IMG/VR virus record: IMGVR_UViG_3300049186_000017
Location: 1-41,655 of that record
Length of the DNA: 41,655 nucleotides
Direction: 5' to 3' (one strand)
Source: a virus
The first letter of the stretch is position 1. Every line of letters starts with the position of its first letter. The translations under genes and the position numbers were made by a program. The notes beneath the pieces were generated by a model. That model searched no databases, was not told the DNA's origin, and saw nothing but the letters and a program-made list of their open reading frames with translations. Positions 13,761 to 23,674 of this stretch are shown piece by piece.

Positions 13761-16282
13761 TGCCCCGCCATCCTTCCAAAGTCCGGCGCGCGCTCGGGCG
13801 CCATCTCGCCCGTCGGCCACCAGTAGCCCTGCCCCCAGTCCTTCATTGCGCGCTTCTGCACGCGGCCGAGGTAGCCGGGGTTGGCCGCCTCCTGCATGTC
13901 GTGCAGCACCGCGCGTTCCCATGCGCCCTTGACGTACCAGATGCCGGTGAACGGCAACTGCGAGTTGACCCACTTCAACGCCTCGGCGCCGGCGTGCGTC
14001 TCCTTGCCCTTGGCCAGCTCCCACGCGTTGACGAACAGCAGGTCGCCAGCGAAGCCCGCCGCAGCGCCGGCGGCCGGGCCCAGGATGGCGCCGACGCCTT
14101 GCTCGACGTTGCCGCCGTGCTGCTCGGTGGGGTCCTTGAACAGCAGGTCGCCGAGGTAGCCGAGCCCGCCGCCCTGCGCCTCGGCGCGCGCCCAGAACTT
14201 CGCTTCGGTCATGTCGTAGGGGTCCTTGCCCTGCACCAGCGCCTTGATCTGCAGCACCACCGAGCCAAGCAGCATCAGCGACACGTTGAGCGCCGCCAGC
14301 CCGGCGATCTGGTTCACGCGCGCGCCGGCCGCCGACTCAGCGCCGAAGCCTGTTGGCGCGCCCTCCAGGCCCTGCGGCGTCTCGAAGATTCGGCGCCAGT
14401 GCCGCGTCATCATCGCGATGGGAAAGCTCTTGAACTGCGCGATCGAGCGCATCGCCTCGCCCTTCAGCGTGCCCGCCGGCAGGCCGCCCGCGGTGGCAAT
14501 CGCACGGGTGGCCAGGTCCGGGTTGACGACGGCGAACTGCGCCTCATCCGAGACGAACGCGAGCCACTTGGTCGCCGCGCTCTGCGCGTTGTCGGCGCCG
14601 GTCTCGATCACGCCCTGACGGGTCAGGTAGGCCAGGCCGTCGCGCTCGGTCGCCTTCGAGCTGGTGATGGTCTGCCAGTCAGCCTCGCTGATGTCGTGGC
14701 GCTGCATCAAGTAGCGATCCCACTCGTCGAGCTCGCCCCAGCCCTTGCCCAGCTTCTTGGCGAAGTTCTGCATCATGGTCGCCGAGAACGCGGCGCGCAG
14801 GCCGTCGGTCCACGCGTTCATCAGGGAGAGCTTCATCACCGACGCGGCGACGCGGCCGGTCAGGCTGTGCGTCATGTTGTCGCCGGTCCAGCGGTTGAGC
14901 GTGTTCGACAGCGACTCGGCGATCACGCCGTGCGAGCGCAGAAACTGGCGCTGATCCTTCGAGAACTGGCGGCCGACGTTGGCCACCATGTCGAAGTACG
15001 GCAGCCGGTTGTAGTGCAGCGTGGTGGCGATCGTGCCCACGTCAGTGATCGACGACAGCACCGCGCCACCGAGCTTGGCCGCGGTCTGAATGTTGCGCGC
15101 GTCCTGACCGATGCGGCCGACGGTGCGGTTCTCCGGCGTGCCGACCACACCCGTGGCGATGTCCCAGTACGCCTGCGGCGTGTTGCCGGCGGCGCGGTTG
15201 GCCATCGTGCCGACGCCGTCGGCGCGCTCGGCCGTGTCGCTCTGCACGCGGAACCACTGCTCTGGGTTCGGGCCGTGGCGCTCGACCAGCGCGACATCGC
15301 GCGCCATCTTGCCGATGTGGCCGAGCATCGCGTCGTACAGCGAGCCCTCGCCGAACGCCTCCATGTAGGCCATCCACGCGTCGCCGTCCTTGAAGTGCAA
15401 CACGCGGTGGTCGCTGCCGCGGTTGGACCGCGCACCGGTGCCCTTGAACGCGCCCGGCTCTGTCTTGTTGGCGCCGTCGCTGGCGATCGTCTCGTGCGCG
15501 CCGTTGAGCACCTGGCGCAGCTCGGCCTCGTTCATCAGCGTGCCGTCGGCGCGCACGTACTGCTCGCGGTCGAGCAGCGGCAGCACCGTGTCGGCCCAGC
15601 GCGCCGGCCCCGCCTCGCGCACGCGCCACGTGTCGTGCGCCTGGCTCAAGTAGCCGTAACCCAGCTTGCCAATGTTGCCGCCTGCGGCGTTGAAGCGCAC
15701 GCGCATCGCCTCGATCGTGTCGAGCCACGCCTGCGCCGCTTGCTTGGCCGCGCTGTTCCCCGTGGAACCGTCGGCCTTGCGGAACACCTCGCGCACGATG
15801 TCGGCCGTCATGGCCGGGTTGTCGTGGTCGAACAGCGCCATCATTGCGCGCTTGACGACGCCCGTGCCGTCCTTCGACTCGGCGGCGCTGATCAGCGCGT
15901 CGAGCCCCGACAGCGCCTCGTCTCGCACCGCGCTGCCGAACTTGTGCGTTTGCTCGATCGAGCGCACCAGCCCCTGCGACCGCGACAGCTTGTTGGCCTT
16001 CATCGCATCGCGGATCTCGACCTCGCGCTCGGCGGCGCGCAGCACCTGCAGGCCGGCGCGGTGCTCCTTCAGCGCGGCCTCCGCTTGAATGTCGGCCATC
16101 ACCGCAGCCGACGCGCGCGACACCCGCTCATCGCGCGACAATGCAGCCCACGCGCGCCGGTCCTGCCGGGCCAGCTCGCGCATCTTGGCCTCGATGGTGG
16201 TCTCGATCAGCTTCAGGCGTTCGTCGCTGATCTGCCGGCCCGCTGCCGCGGCGCGAATCGCTGTTGCACATCGGGGGTCCAT
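13757..16282 (-). CDS. internal virion / ejection protein (841 aa; T7 gp16-like position)
   Basis: Track ORF. GAGGA RBS 5 nt upstream. Large Ala/Gly-rich protein with C-terminal hydrophobic segments, last of a run of three large proteins after the tail-tube genes. Confidence 0.82.
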   Translation of the reverse strand: MDPRCATAIRAAAAGRQISDERLKLIETTIEAKMRELARQDRRAWAALSRDERVSRASAAVMADIQAEAALKEHRAGLQVLRAAEREVEIRDAMKANKLSRSQGLVRSIEQTHKFGSAVRDEALSGLDALISAAESKDGTGVVKRAMMALFDHDNPAMTADIVREVFRKADGSTGNSAAKQAAQAWLDTIEAMRVRFNAAGGNIGKLGYGYLSQAHDTWRVREAGPARWADTVLPLLDREQYVRADGTLMNEAELRQVLNGAHETIASDGANKTEPGAFKGTGARSNRGSDHRVLHFKDGDAWMAYMEAFGEGSLYDAMLGHIGKMARDVALVERHGPNPEQWFRVQSDTAERADGVGTMANRAAGNTPQAYWDIATGVVGTPENRTVGRIGQDARNIQTAAKLGGAVLSSITDVGTIATTLHYNRLPYFDMVANVGRQFSKDQRQFLRSHGVIAESLSNTLNRWTGDNMTHSLTGRVAASVMKLSLMNAWTDGLRAAFSATMMQNFAKKLGKGWGELDEWDRYLMQRHDISEADWQTITSSKATERDGLAYLTRQGVIETGADNAQSAATKWLAFVSDEAQFAVVNPDLATRAIATAGGLPAGTLKGEAMRSIAQFKSFPIAMMTRHWRRIFETPQGLEGAPTGFGAESAAGARVNQIAGLAALNVSLMLLGSVVLQIKALVQGKDPYDMTEAKFWARAEAQGGGLGYLGDLLFKDPTEQHGGNVEQGVGAILGPAAGAAAGFAGDLLFVNAWELAKGKETHAGAEALKWVNSQLPFTGIWYVKGAWERAVLHDMQEAANPGYLGRVQKRAMKDWGQGYWWPTGEMAPERAPDFGRMAGQ

Positions 16283-16448
16283 GCTCGTCCTCTACGTCTG
16301 CGCGCTGCTGCTGATCGTGCCGCTGGCCGGGCTGCTGGTCACGGGCTCGTGGCGTGGCGCCTGGCGGTACGCGCGCGACTGGTCCCGCGTCATGGCGTTG
16401 ACGGTGGCGATCGGGCTGGTGGTCTTCTTCATGCTGCCGACACCATGA
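16281..16448 (+). CDS. alternative antisense 55-aa two-TMD ORF in the same gap
   Basis: MLVLYVCALLLIVPLAGLLVTGSWRGAWRYARDWSRVMALTVAIGLVVFFMLPTP. Shares third-codon positions with the minus-strand ORF, so high GC3 does not discriminate. No clear promoter. May be a shadow frame. Confidence 0.3.
   Translation: MLVLYVCALLLIVPLAGLLVTGSWRGAWRYARDWSRVMALTVAIGLVVFFMLPTP
16292..16432 (-). CDS. possible 46-aa hydrophilic ORF filling the gap between internal virion genes
   Basis: Hand-translated as MKKTTSPIATVNAMTRDQSRAYRQAPRHEPVTSSPASGTISSSAQT. ATG 16432 forms an ATGA overlap with the upstream stop. Its TAG overlaps the RBS of the 841-aa gene. GC3 is near maximal. It competes with the antisense ORF 16281..16448. 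Confidence 0.45.
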   Translation of the reverse strand: MKKTTSPIATVNAMTRDQSRAYRQAPRHEPVTSSPASGTISSSAQT

Positions 16449-18429
16449 GCGCGCACTCGCTGGCCACGCGCACGAGGTCGGCGTCGACCAGTCCCAGCGC
16501 GTCGGCCGTGCCCTCCTGAGCCTCGCGCTTCGCGGCGGCCATGAACTCGGCGGCGGTGCGGCCGTCATCGACCTTCAGCTCGGGCATGGTCTGCTCGATC
16601 GCCGCAACGCGGTCGAGCACCGAGCGCGCCACCGGGTCGGTCGGCTTGGGCGCCGCGGCTGGTTCCGGCGTCACCACCGAATGCACGCGCGCCGCCTCCA
16701 CCACGTCGGCCGCCACGTCCACCGGCTGCTGATTCGGCCGCGCGGCACTGGTGCGGTCGAAGTCCGCGAGCAGCCCCTCGGCGCGCTTGGCGTCGCCGCC
16801 CATCTCGGCCAGGCCCACCACGAGGTTGCGCACCTCCGGCGCCAAGCCAGCGCGATCGAGGAACGCCTGCGGCGCGTCGCCGCTGTCGGTCAGGTCGCGA
16901 TACGCCTGCGCGGCGCGCTGCGCGGCGTCGCTCTTGGCGCGCGGCTCGGGCTCGGTGCGCACCTTGGCGTCATCCAGCGCCGTGCTCAACAGCCGGTCCT
17001 CGTAGTGCTTCAGGTAGGCATCGAGCGCGGTGGCGTTGCCCTTGGCGGCCTCGGGATCGACGCCGAGCACGCGCAGCCGGCGCTCCAGCGCGTCGACGCG
17101 GTAGGCGGTCTCGGCCTGCGCCGCCTCGTGCGCCGCGCGCTGCGCGTGCTGCTCGAGCGTCAGCACCGGGTCGCCGGCGATGGCCCGCTTCACGAGGTCG
17201 ACGAACGCCGCGGAGTCGGCGCCCTGGTCGCGCGGCAGGTAGCCCTCATCGGCGGCGCGCGTGGCCAAGTCGTCGCGCGTGGCGCCGCCCTTGCGGAAGA
17301 TGCCGGCCGGGTTGCTGCGCACGCCGCTCGGCTCGCCGGTGATGTCGAGCTTTTCGGCCAGGTCGAGCCCGCCGTTGGCCTTGATCCAGGCCAGGAAGTT
17401 GGAGCGCGGCGGCTCGGGCATCGGCTCGGGCTTGAAGCCGCTGCGCTGCACGAACTGCTGCAGCGTCTCGATCGGCTGGCCGACCTCGGTTTTCACGTCG
17501 GCGGCGCGCGCCTCGTCGGCGGCCCGCTTCAGCGTCAGGTTGTGCACCATCGCCGCGTCGACGGTCTCGTGCGTCTGCACCACCTCGTGCGCCGGCTCGG
17601 CCACGGGCTCGCGCGGCGCTTCGGCCGGCTTGCCCAGCTTCACGCGCGGCGGCGCGCGCAGCGAGGCCACGCCGAAGGCCCACGGCGCGACGACGGACAC
17701 CGCCAGCCCCACCGGGTCGAGCGGATCGTGCTGCGCCGCCAAGTCCTTGTAGCCGGCGCCGGCCAAGATGTCCTTGGTCAGCTGCTGCTGCGCCGCGAAG
17801 GTCGCCGGCCCTGACAGCAGGCCAAGCCCGCCCACCTTGGCCAGGTTGCTCGGCGTGAAGCCCTTCGCCAGCGGCGCCACCGGCACCGCAGCGCCGGCGA
17901 TGTTGACCACCCCGGTCAGCGCGCCCACGCGGTGCGCCGTCGCGTCGTCGACGCCCTGGCGCTGCAGCCGGTCGGTTTCGGTCAGGCCCTCGTCGGCGGC
18001 GAAGGGCACGATGCCGGCCGGCCCCATCGTCGTCACGTAGCCGATCGCCTTGCCGAGCCCGCGCACGCCCTGGAAAACGACGTTCTCGGCGGTGCCGGCC
18101 GTCGCCGGGTCGGGCGAATAGTGCTCCGACACGTCGCGCAGCGAGCGGCTGAATTCGTTCTTGCCGGTCACGCCGGCCAGCGCCTGCGCATCGGCGCGCT
18201 CGCGGTCGGCGCGCGTCATGCCGGGCCAGCGCGGCGCGTCGCGCAGCGCCACCAGGCCGCGGCCCGCCACAGTGGCCACTTCGCCGGCGCCGGCCAGCAC
18301 TTCAGCCGCGGCGGCCGGCAGCGCGCGCAGCGGCGAGCTCCAGCCGTTCCACTTCGGCGGCGCCTTCTTCGGCTCGGGCGGCAGGTCGGCCAGCGCCTTG
18401 ATCTGGTCCGTGTTGTCGAAGTCCATCAC
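16429..18429 (-). CDS. internal virion / ejection protein (666 aa)
   Basis: Track ORF. GTG 18429 (GTGA overlap) or ATG 18426. Hydrophobic Gly/Ala-rich central region typical of ejected core proteins. Confidence 0.82.
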   Translation of the reverse strand: MMDFDNTDQIKALADLPPEPKKAPPKWNGWSSPLRALPAAAAEVLAGAGEVATVAGRGLVALRDAPRWPGMTRADRERADAQALAGVTGKNEFSRSLRDVSEHYSPDPATAGTAENVVFQGVRGLGKAIGYVTTMGPAGIVPFAADEGLTETDRLQRQGVDDATAHRVGALTGVVNIAGAAVPVAPLAKGFTPSNLAKVGGLGLLSGPATFAAQQQLTKDILAGAGYKDLAAQHDPLDPVGLAVSVVAPWAFGVASLRAPPRVKLGKPAEAPREPVAEPAHEVVQTHETVDAAMVHNLTLKRAADEARAADVKTEVGQPIETLQQFVQRSGFKPEPMPEPPRSNFLAWIKANGGLDLAEKLDITGEPSGVRSNPAGIFRKGGATRDDLATRAADEGYLPRDQGADSAAFVDLVKRAIAGDPVLTLEQHAQRAAHEAAQAETAYRVDALERRLRVLGVDPEAAKGNATALDAYLKHYEDRLLSTALDDAKVRTEPEPRAKSDAAQRAAQAYRDLTDSGDAPQAFLDRAGLAPEVRNLVVGLAEMGGDAKRAEGLLADFDRTSAARPNQQPVDVAADVVEAARVHSVVTPEPAAAPKPTDPVARSVLDRVAAIEQTMPELKVDDGRTAAEFMAAAKREAQEGTADALGLVDADLVRVASECALMVSAA

Positions 18430-20474
18430 CGCACCTTGACGATGATCGGCTGCCCCTGCGCGTTGACCACCGGCCGGCCGTCGACCAGCACCGCGAATTC
18501 GCCGGGGCGTGCGGGCATCAACTGCTGGCCCGGCAGCTTGGCCACGAAATCGGCGAGCGGCACCTGCACACCGCCGGCGCGCACCACACCGCCGGGCGCC
18601 TGCTGCGCCAGCTCGTCGGCCGTCACGCTGCGCAGGCGCTTCTGCAGCGCGTCTTCATCGAGCCCAGCGGGCAGCGGAATCTTGCGGCCGTTGTGCTCGA
18701 CCAGCGCGCCGCCCACCGCCAGGCGCACCGCGCGCTCCATGTCGGCGTTGGACAGCCGGCCGCCCTGCTCGGCCGCGATGCCGTGCATGATCAGCTCCGC
18801 CGCCTGCGTCACCCGCCCGCTGGTCTCGCGGCTGCCGAACACCCCATCCAACTCGGCCGCGGCGTGCGCGCGCCACGCGCTGGCCTTGACGTCGGGCGCC
18901 TTGTCGCCCTTGGTGCTGGTGCCGTCGGCCTTCGCCTGCTGGCCCTTCAGGATCAGCTCCGAGGTCAGCCGGCCCTGCGTCGTCATCGCGCTCTGGTAGC
19001 CCATCGCCAGCGCCAGCGCCTTGTCCTTCGGGTCCATCTGCTCGGCCAGGCCGCGCGCCGCCTGCGGCCCCACGGCGCCGGCGATTGACGCCAGCCACTG
19101 CGCCCGTTCCTTCGGCTGCAGCGCGTCCAAGTTGCGCTTGAGCGTGTCGGCCTCCTGCGGGTACAGCGGCGACTCCGGGCGGCCGGACCACAGCGACACC
19201 TCGCTCGCCTGTTGCGCACGCGCCTGCAGCCCCTCGACGACGCCCGGCAGCCCGGCGGTGAAGTCCAGCTTCGCCGGCTGAAAACCGGTCTGCCGCGCCG
19301 CATACGCCGCGAGACCGCCGTCGCGGTGGATGTCGGCTTGCGCGCCGCGCAGCACCTTCTCCACCTGATCGCGCCGCTTGTCCCATTCGGGGTTGCGGCC
19401 ATTGGCGGCGATGTGCGCATCGATGGCCTGCAGGTCGGCCTGCTGGCGCGCGAGCGACTTCGACGCCTGGCCACCGTTCTGCGCCGCCTGCTGCGCCGCC
19501 GAGGCGACGACCGCCTGATACGGCGTGCCGCGGGTGGCTTCCAACTGCTCGGCCACGTAGGCGGGGTCCAGCGCCGTGCCCTTGTCGGCCAGCGTCTGCA
19601 GCGCGTTGGCCGCGTGCTCGGCGCGCGTCAATTGCCGCTCGCGCAGGCGCTCGGCGCGCTCGGCCTTGCGCTCGGCGTCGTTGGCGATGCGCTGGCGCTC
19701 GACCGCGATGCGCTGCAGTTGCGACTCGGCGGTCGGCGGGTCGATGTCCGGCAGGGCCCCGATGAACTGCTCGGCGCGGTCCAGCGCAGCCGGGTTGCCC
19801 AGCGCACCGTTGACCGCCGAGCGCGCCGCGGTGCCCTGCGTGCGCTCTTTCCAGGTCTGGTGCAGCTTGGACACCCGGTCGGGCGTCATGTCCGACCAGG
19901 GCCCCATCTGCTCGATCGTGGCGCGCGCCATCTCGTTGGCCTTGACCGGGTCGTCGCGGTACAGACGCTCGAAGTACTCCAGCGACGTGCCGATCGATGC
20001 CGTCACGTCCTGCCGGTCACGGCGCTCGACCGCCACGCGCACGCCATTGCCCAGGCGCAGCGCCGTGCGACCCAGCCGCGGGCCGACGATCTCGCGCGTC
20101 TCGGGGCGCACCTGCGATAGCGCGCCGTCGACGATCTCTTTCGAGCGCGTCTTGAACTCGGGCTCGGCCGCGTCGCGCTCGAGCGTGCGATTCATCACCC
20201 GCATCGACACGTCGTCGTGCAGGTCCTTCAGTTGATCCTCGACCTCGTGCAGCGCCGCCGCCTCACGCGCGCGCTGCGCTGCCTCGGCCTGCGCCTCTTG
20301 CCGGCGGCGCTCCTCGTCCTGGTAGCGCGTCTCGTCGGCGCGCAACTGCATCGCCGCCTGCGCGCCCTCGCGGCCGAGGTTGGTCAGCGCGCGCCCGGTC
20401 TGCTCGAAGCCGGACACCACCGGCGCGCGGCCGGGCGTCACGTTGCCGAAGTTGCCCAGCGGAATCGTCGCCAT
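18426..20474 (-). CDS. internal virion protein (682 aa; T7 gp15-like position)
   Basis: Frame of track ORF 18426..20495 (TTG start). ATG 20474 lies 1 nt after the upstream stop and gives MATIPLGNFGNV... Long coiled-coil, Ala/Gln/Arg-rich. Confidence 0.82.
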   Translation of the reverse strand: MATIPLGNFGNVTPGRAPVVSGFEQTGRALTNLGREGAQAAMQLRADETRYQDEERRRQEAQAEAAQRAREAAALHEVEDQLKDLHDDVSMRVMNRTLERDAAEPEFKTRSKEIVDGALSQVRPETREIVGPRLGRTALRLGNGVRVAVERRDRQDVTASIGTSLEYFERLYRDDPVKANEMARATIEQMGPWSDMTPDRVSKLHQTWKERTQGTAARSAVNGALGNPAALDRAEQFIGALPDIDPPTAESQLQRIAVERQRIANDAERKAERAERLRERQLTRAEHAANALQTLADKGTALDPAYVAEQLEATRGTPYQAVVASAAQQAAQNGGQASKSLARQQADLQAIDAHIAANGRNPEWDKRRDQVEKVLRGAQADIHRDGGLAAYAARQTGFQPAKLDFTAGLPGVVEGLQARAQQASEVSLWSGRPESPLYPQEADTLKRNLDALQPKERAQWLASIAGAVGPQAARGLAEQMDPKDKALALAMGYQSAMTTQGRLTSELILKGQQAKADGTSTKGDKAPDVKASAWRAHAAAELDGVFGSRETSGRVTQAAELIMHGIAAEQGGRLSNADMERAVRLAVGGALVEHNGRKIPLPAGLDEDALQKRLRSVTADELAQQAPGGVVRAGGVQVPLADFVAKLPGQQLMPARPGEFAVLVDGRPVVNAQGQPIIVKVR

Positions 20475-20475
20475 G

Positions 20476-21000
20476 TCAGTAGTCCATCCAGCCAATGCCG
20501 CTTTGAGACCCGCCGCCGCCGCTGCGCCAACTGCGGTCGCTCACCGGCGCTGGCGCTTGCGTGCCGCTGAAGCCGGGCCCGTTGCTGCGCCAGCCCGACG
20601 ACCGTGCATACCCGGCGCCGAACTGCAGCAGCGAGCCATAGGCGCCCACGTTGCCCGCGCGCGCCGCGTCAGCGCCGCCGCGCCGCAGCGCATCCGCGCG
20701 CCGCTTGCCGGTGAGGATCGTGATGTACTCGTCGCGCGCCACGTCCTCGCGCACCTGGCGCTCGGCATCCAGCGCCGAGCCCTCGCCGACCTTGACACCG
20801 GACGCCGCGATCGCCGCCAGCGTGCTGCCGTGCTGGCGCTCGCCGGCGCGCCGGATCGCCGCTGCATCGAGCCGCGCGTTGGATTCCTCCATGCCGGCTT
20901 GGGCCGCGGCTTCTGCCTTCGCCGCGCGGCCGCCGCCGGCCTGGCCGATGCCGCTCATGACGGCCGAGCCGGCGAGCATGATGGTCGTCGCGTCACACAT
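20476..21000 (-). CDS. small internal virion protein (174 aa; T7 gp14-like position)
   Basis: Track ORF. Gly-rich hydrophobic N-terminus MCDATTIMLAGSAVMSGIGQAGGG. Confidence 0.72.
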   Translation of the reverse strand: MCDATTIMLAGSAVMSGIGQAGGGRAAKAEAAAQAGMEESNARLDAAAIRRAGERQHGSTLAAIAASGVKVGEGSALDAERQVREDVARDEYITILTGKRRADALRRGGADAARAGNVGAYGSLLQFGAGYARSSGWRSNGPGFSGTQAPAPVSDRSWRSGGGGSQSGIGWMDY

Positions 21001-21442
21001 GGGGGCGCCTCCAGATGAACTGCCGGAACTGGTAGCCGGGGCCGGTCAGCTCCTTGAACACCGTAAAGCCCAGCGCCTCGACGAACCGCACCATCTCGGC
21101 GTTGCGCGCGTGCACGAGGTTGGTCAGCACGGGGTATTCACTGCGCATGCGCTTGATGACGCGGCGCGCCAGCCAGCCCACGGCGCTGCGCTCGGCCTCC
21201 GACAGCACCTCGGTGGACAGCATCCACGGGATGCCGATCTCGTGGCCCGGCATCGGACGGCAGCCGAAGGTGAAGACCTGGCGGCCGCGCCACAGCCCTT
21301 CTTCCGACCAGCCTTCGAGCGCGCCCTCGATCAGCGACTGCTCGTCGGCGCCGGCCGCCTCTAGTTCCTCGCGATCGGCCGCGCGCAGGTGCGCCATGCA
21401 GTGCCACATCGCATCGATCGTCAGCGGTCGTGTCGTCAGCAT
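20993..21442 (-). CDS. T7 gp13-like small virion-assembly protein (149 aa)
   Basis: Distal part of track ORF 20993..22075 (MLTTRPLTIDAMWH...). Sits between the gp12-like and gp14-like genes. The assignment rests on synteny and size. Confidence 0.6.
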   Translation of the reverse strand: MLTTRPLTIDAMWHCMAHLRAADREELEAAGADEQSLIEGALEGWSEEGLWRGRQVFTFGCRPMPGHEIGIPWMLSTEVLSEAERSAVGWLARRVIKRMRSEYPVLTNLVHARNAEMVRFVEALGFTVFKELTGPGYQFRQFIWRRPHV

Positions 21443-23673
21443 CAGCCGTTCACCGTGTGTTTGCGCATCACCGCCAGCAGGTGCATCGGCAGCGCTTGGT
21501 CTTGAATCACCGTCAGCTCGGCCTCGCCGCGCGCCCATCCCAGCTTGGAGGTGCGCACCAGGCCCGTCAGCGGTTCCGGTGGCTGGTCGAGCACGTTCTG
21601 CCCGAAGTGGCGAAACGCGATCTCCTGCTCGTTGCCCTCGGCGTCGGCCACCTTGGCGCCGACGGTTTCGAGAAACCGCATCGTCATCTCGCCGGTGCGC
21701 GCGGCGTTGCCCTGTGCGGAGCCTTCGCCCGTGCCGAGTTCCGGCGTCAGCAGGGTGCCTTCGCTGCGGAAGTGCAGGCCGATGAGCGCGCGCTTGGCGG
21801 TGCGCGGCAGCGTCACGTTGTTGGAGCCGTCGACGGTGAGCGCGCCCATCTCGGAGCCGTCGGCCACCACGCGCACCGTCTTGCCGGCCAGGTGCGGCAC
21901 GTTGAAGACAGATTGCCCCGCCGCGTTGTCGAACACCTTGCCGCAGTCGACGGTGCAGCCGTACACCACGCCATCGCTGTCGTCGGGGTGCAGGCGCTCC
22001 AGCGAGCTGTCGAAGCGCTCCAGATAGCGCACGCTCGAGCCGTTGATCGTTCGACGCACGATCGCCCACACCCACTCACGGTCCAGGTACGGCGCCGCCG
22101 CCACCCACTCGACGAAGCCATCGGTGCTGTGCACGGCCCAGCCGATCACGCTCGGGCTCTGGTCCCGATCGATCGTGCAGGACGCGAAGCCGCCATTGGT
22201 CAGCGCCGCCCACAGCATCAGCTCGGGCTCTTGCTGGTAGGCCAGCGCCGCGATGCCGCCGCCTTGCTTCGAGATGTGGTCGGCCAGCGCCGTGATGTCG
22301 GGCGCCGAGTAGCCGTCGAAGTCGTAGCGGTATCCCAGTGCGCGAATCTTGCGGCCGGCGCGCTGCACGAACATCACCTCGCGCCCGATCTGCACCGGCC
22401 GCACCTGCGCACTGCCGTGGTTGCTTTCCGGCACCACCCGCACGTTGGTCGGCGTGATCGGCTTTTCGACGCCGCCGCGCATGCTGTACTCGCCCGACTG
22501 CGTCAGCACGACGAGATCCTTGCCGGCCGACACGTAGACGATGGCGCTGGCCTCGTCGCTGTCGATGGTGAACGAGAACGCCTGATCGTCGACGGTGCCA
22601 AGCTCGAAGTCGAGCGGTTCGCCGATGCGCGAGCCCCACACAGTGCGCGGAAACTTGGTGGTGCCGGCTGCGATCAGCCGCTGCTGGTGGACGGTGCCCG
22701 TGCGCGGGTAGCCGAGCGCCGCCGTCCACACGAAATGCTCCAGCGACCATGACAGCGCCGGTGCAGCGGTGGTGCCGGCCAGTTCGCGCACGACGGTGCC
22801 ATTGACGTTCAGCGCATCCGTGAAGGCGGTCAACCGCACCAGGCCGCCATTGACGCGCACCATGGCCGGCACGTCGGTCGAGCGGAAGCCGTTCGTCGAC
22901 AGCGTGAGCGTGATCGCGGCGCCGATCGGGCCCGCAGCGCTGGGCGTGAGCGCGGCTTGCGGCGAGCCCTCCAGCGTCCACTGGCTGACCGGCACCGTGG
23001 TCGACGGGAAAACCCGCGTGATCTCGACCGTCACGACCGTGCTGCTGCTGAAGCCGGTAATCACCGCGATGCCGGAGTCGTACAGGATGCCGCGGCCGAC
23101 ATCGCCAGCCAGGAACACGGCGCCCGATGCGGTGGCCGTGCGCCCGGTGCCGACCGTGGCCGCGCTCAGCGTCAGGCTGACGGCCGGCAGGAACCCGACC
23201 TCGGCGAACGGCTTGGTCGTGAACGGCGCATCGCTGATCACCCACGTCCCAGAGCCCAAGCGCTGCAGCCGCTGGATCGGCACGCTGGCGTGAAACAGGT
23301 ACATCGTCGACTCGGATTGCGCCCAGTCGACAGAGGCCAGCATCGCCGACGTGTATTGCGTCGTGAGCTGCACGCCCGCATAGGTGCCGTCCATGTTGTA
23401 GACGCGCACGGTGAGGTTGCCGAACTCCAGCATCCATGCCTGATCGCGGCCTTGAATGAACGGCACCAGGATCGACGCGCCGGCCGTGGCCGACAGTGCC
23501 GCGGCCACATACAGCGAACCATCGCGGCGCTTCAGGCCGCCGGTGATCACCGGGTGGCAGTTGCGCGCGCGCTTGAGTGCCTGCTGATAGCGATCAATGT
23601 CCGAGCGCCCGAGCACGCGCGGGCTGACCTCGCCGCCGGTGAAACTGGTCTGGTTGAGGGTGACGCGCGGCAC
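21442..23673 (-). CDS. tail tubular protein B (T7 gp12-like nozzle), 743 aa
   Basis: GTG start. N-terminus LNQTSFTGGEVSPRVLGRSDIDRYQQALKRARNCHPVITGGLKRRDG matches the conserved opening of podovirus gp12-like proteins. Size and position fit. Confidence 0.8.
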   Translation of the reverse strand: MPRVTLNQTSFTGGEVSPRVLGRSDIDRYQQALKRARNCHPVITGGLKRRDGSLYVAAALSATAGASILVPFIQGRDQAWMLEFGNLTVRVYNMDGTYAGVQLTTQYTSAMLASVDWAQSESTMYLFHASVPIQRLQRLGSGTWVISDAPFTTKPFAEVGFLPAVSLTLSAATVGTGRTATASGAVFLAGDVGRGILYDSGIAVITGFSSSTVVTVEITRVFPSTTVPVSQWTLEGSPQAALTPSAAGPIGAAITLTLSTNGFRSTDVPAMVRVNGGLVRLTAFTDALNVNGTVVRELAGTTAAPALSWSLEHFVWTAALGYPRTGTVHQQRLIAAGTTKFPRTVWGSRIGEPLDFELGTVDDQAFSFTIDSDEASAIVYVSAGKDLVVLTQSGEYSMRGGVEKPITPTNVRVVPESNHGSAQVRPVQIGREVMFVQRAGRKIRALGYRYDFDGYSAPDITALADHISKQGGGIAALAYQQEPELMLWAALTNGGFASCTIDRDQSPSVIGWAVHSTDGFVEWVAAAPYLDREWVWAIVRRTINGSSVRYLERFDSSLERLHPDDSDGVVYGCTVDCGKVFDNAAGQSVFNVPHLAGKTVRVVADGSEMGALTVDGSNNVTLPRTAKRALIGLHFRSEGTLLTPELGTGEGSAQGNAARTGEMTMRFLETVGAKVADAEGNEQEIAFRHFGQNVLDQPPEPLTGLVRTSKLGWARGEAELTVIQDQALPMHLLAVMRKHTVNG

Positions 23674-23674
23674 A

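Noticed and set aside
13754-16519. 921-aa plus-strand ORF, and similar giant alternative-frame ORFs (11606..13546 +, 33229..35292 +, 21430..22752 +, 24387..25751 +, 25773..27158 +, 29322..29969 +, 30357..31988 +)
   Set aside because: These are Arg/Ala/Gly/His-rich low-complexity translations antisense to well-supported structural genes. They are typical shadow ORFs of a GC-rich genome in which stop codons are rare.
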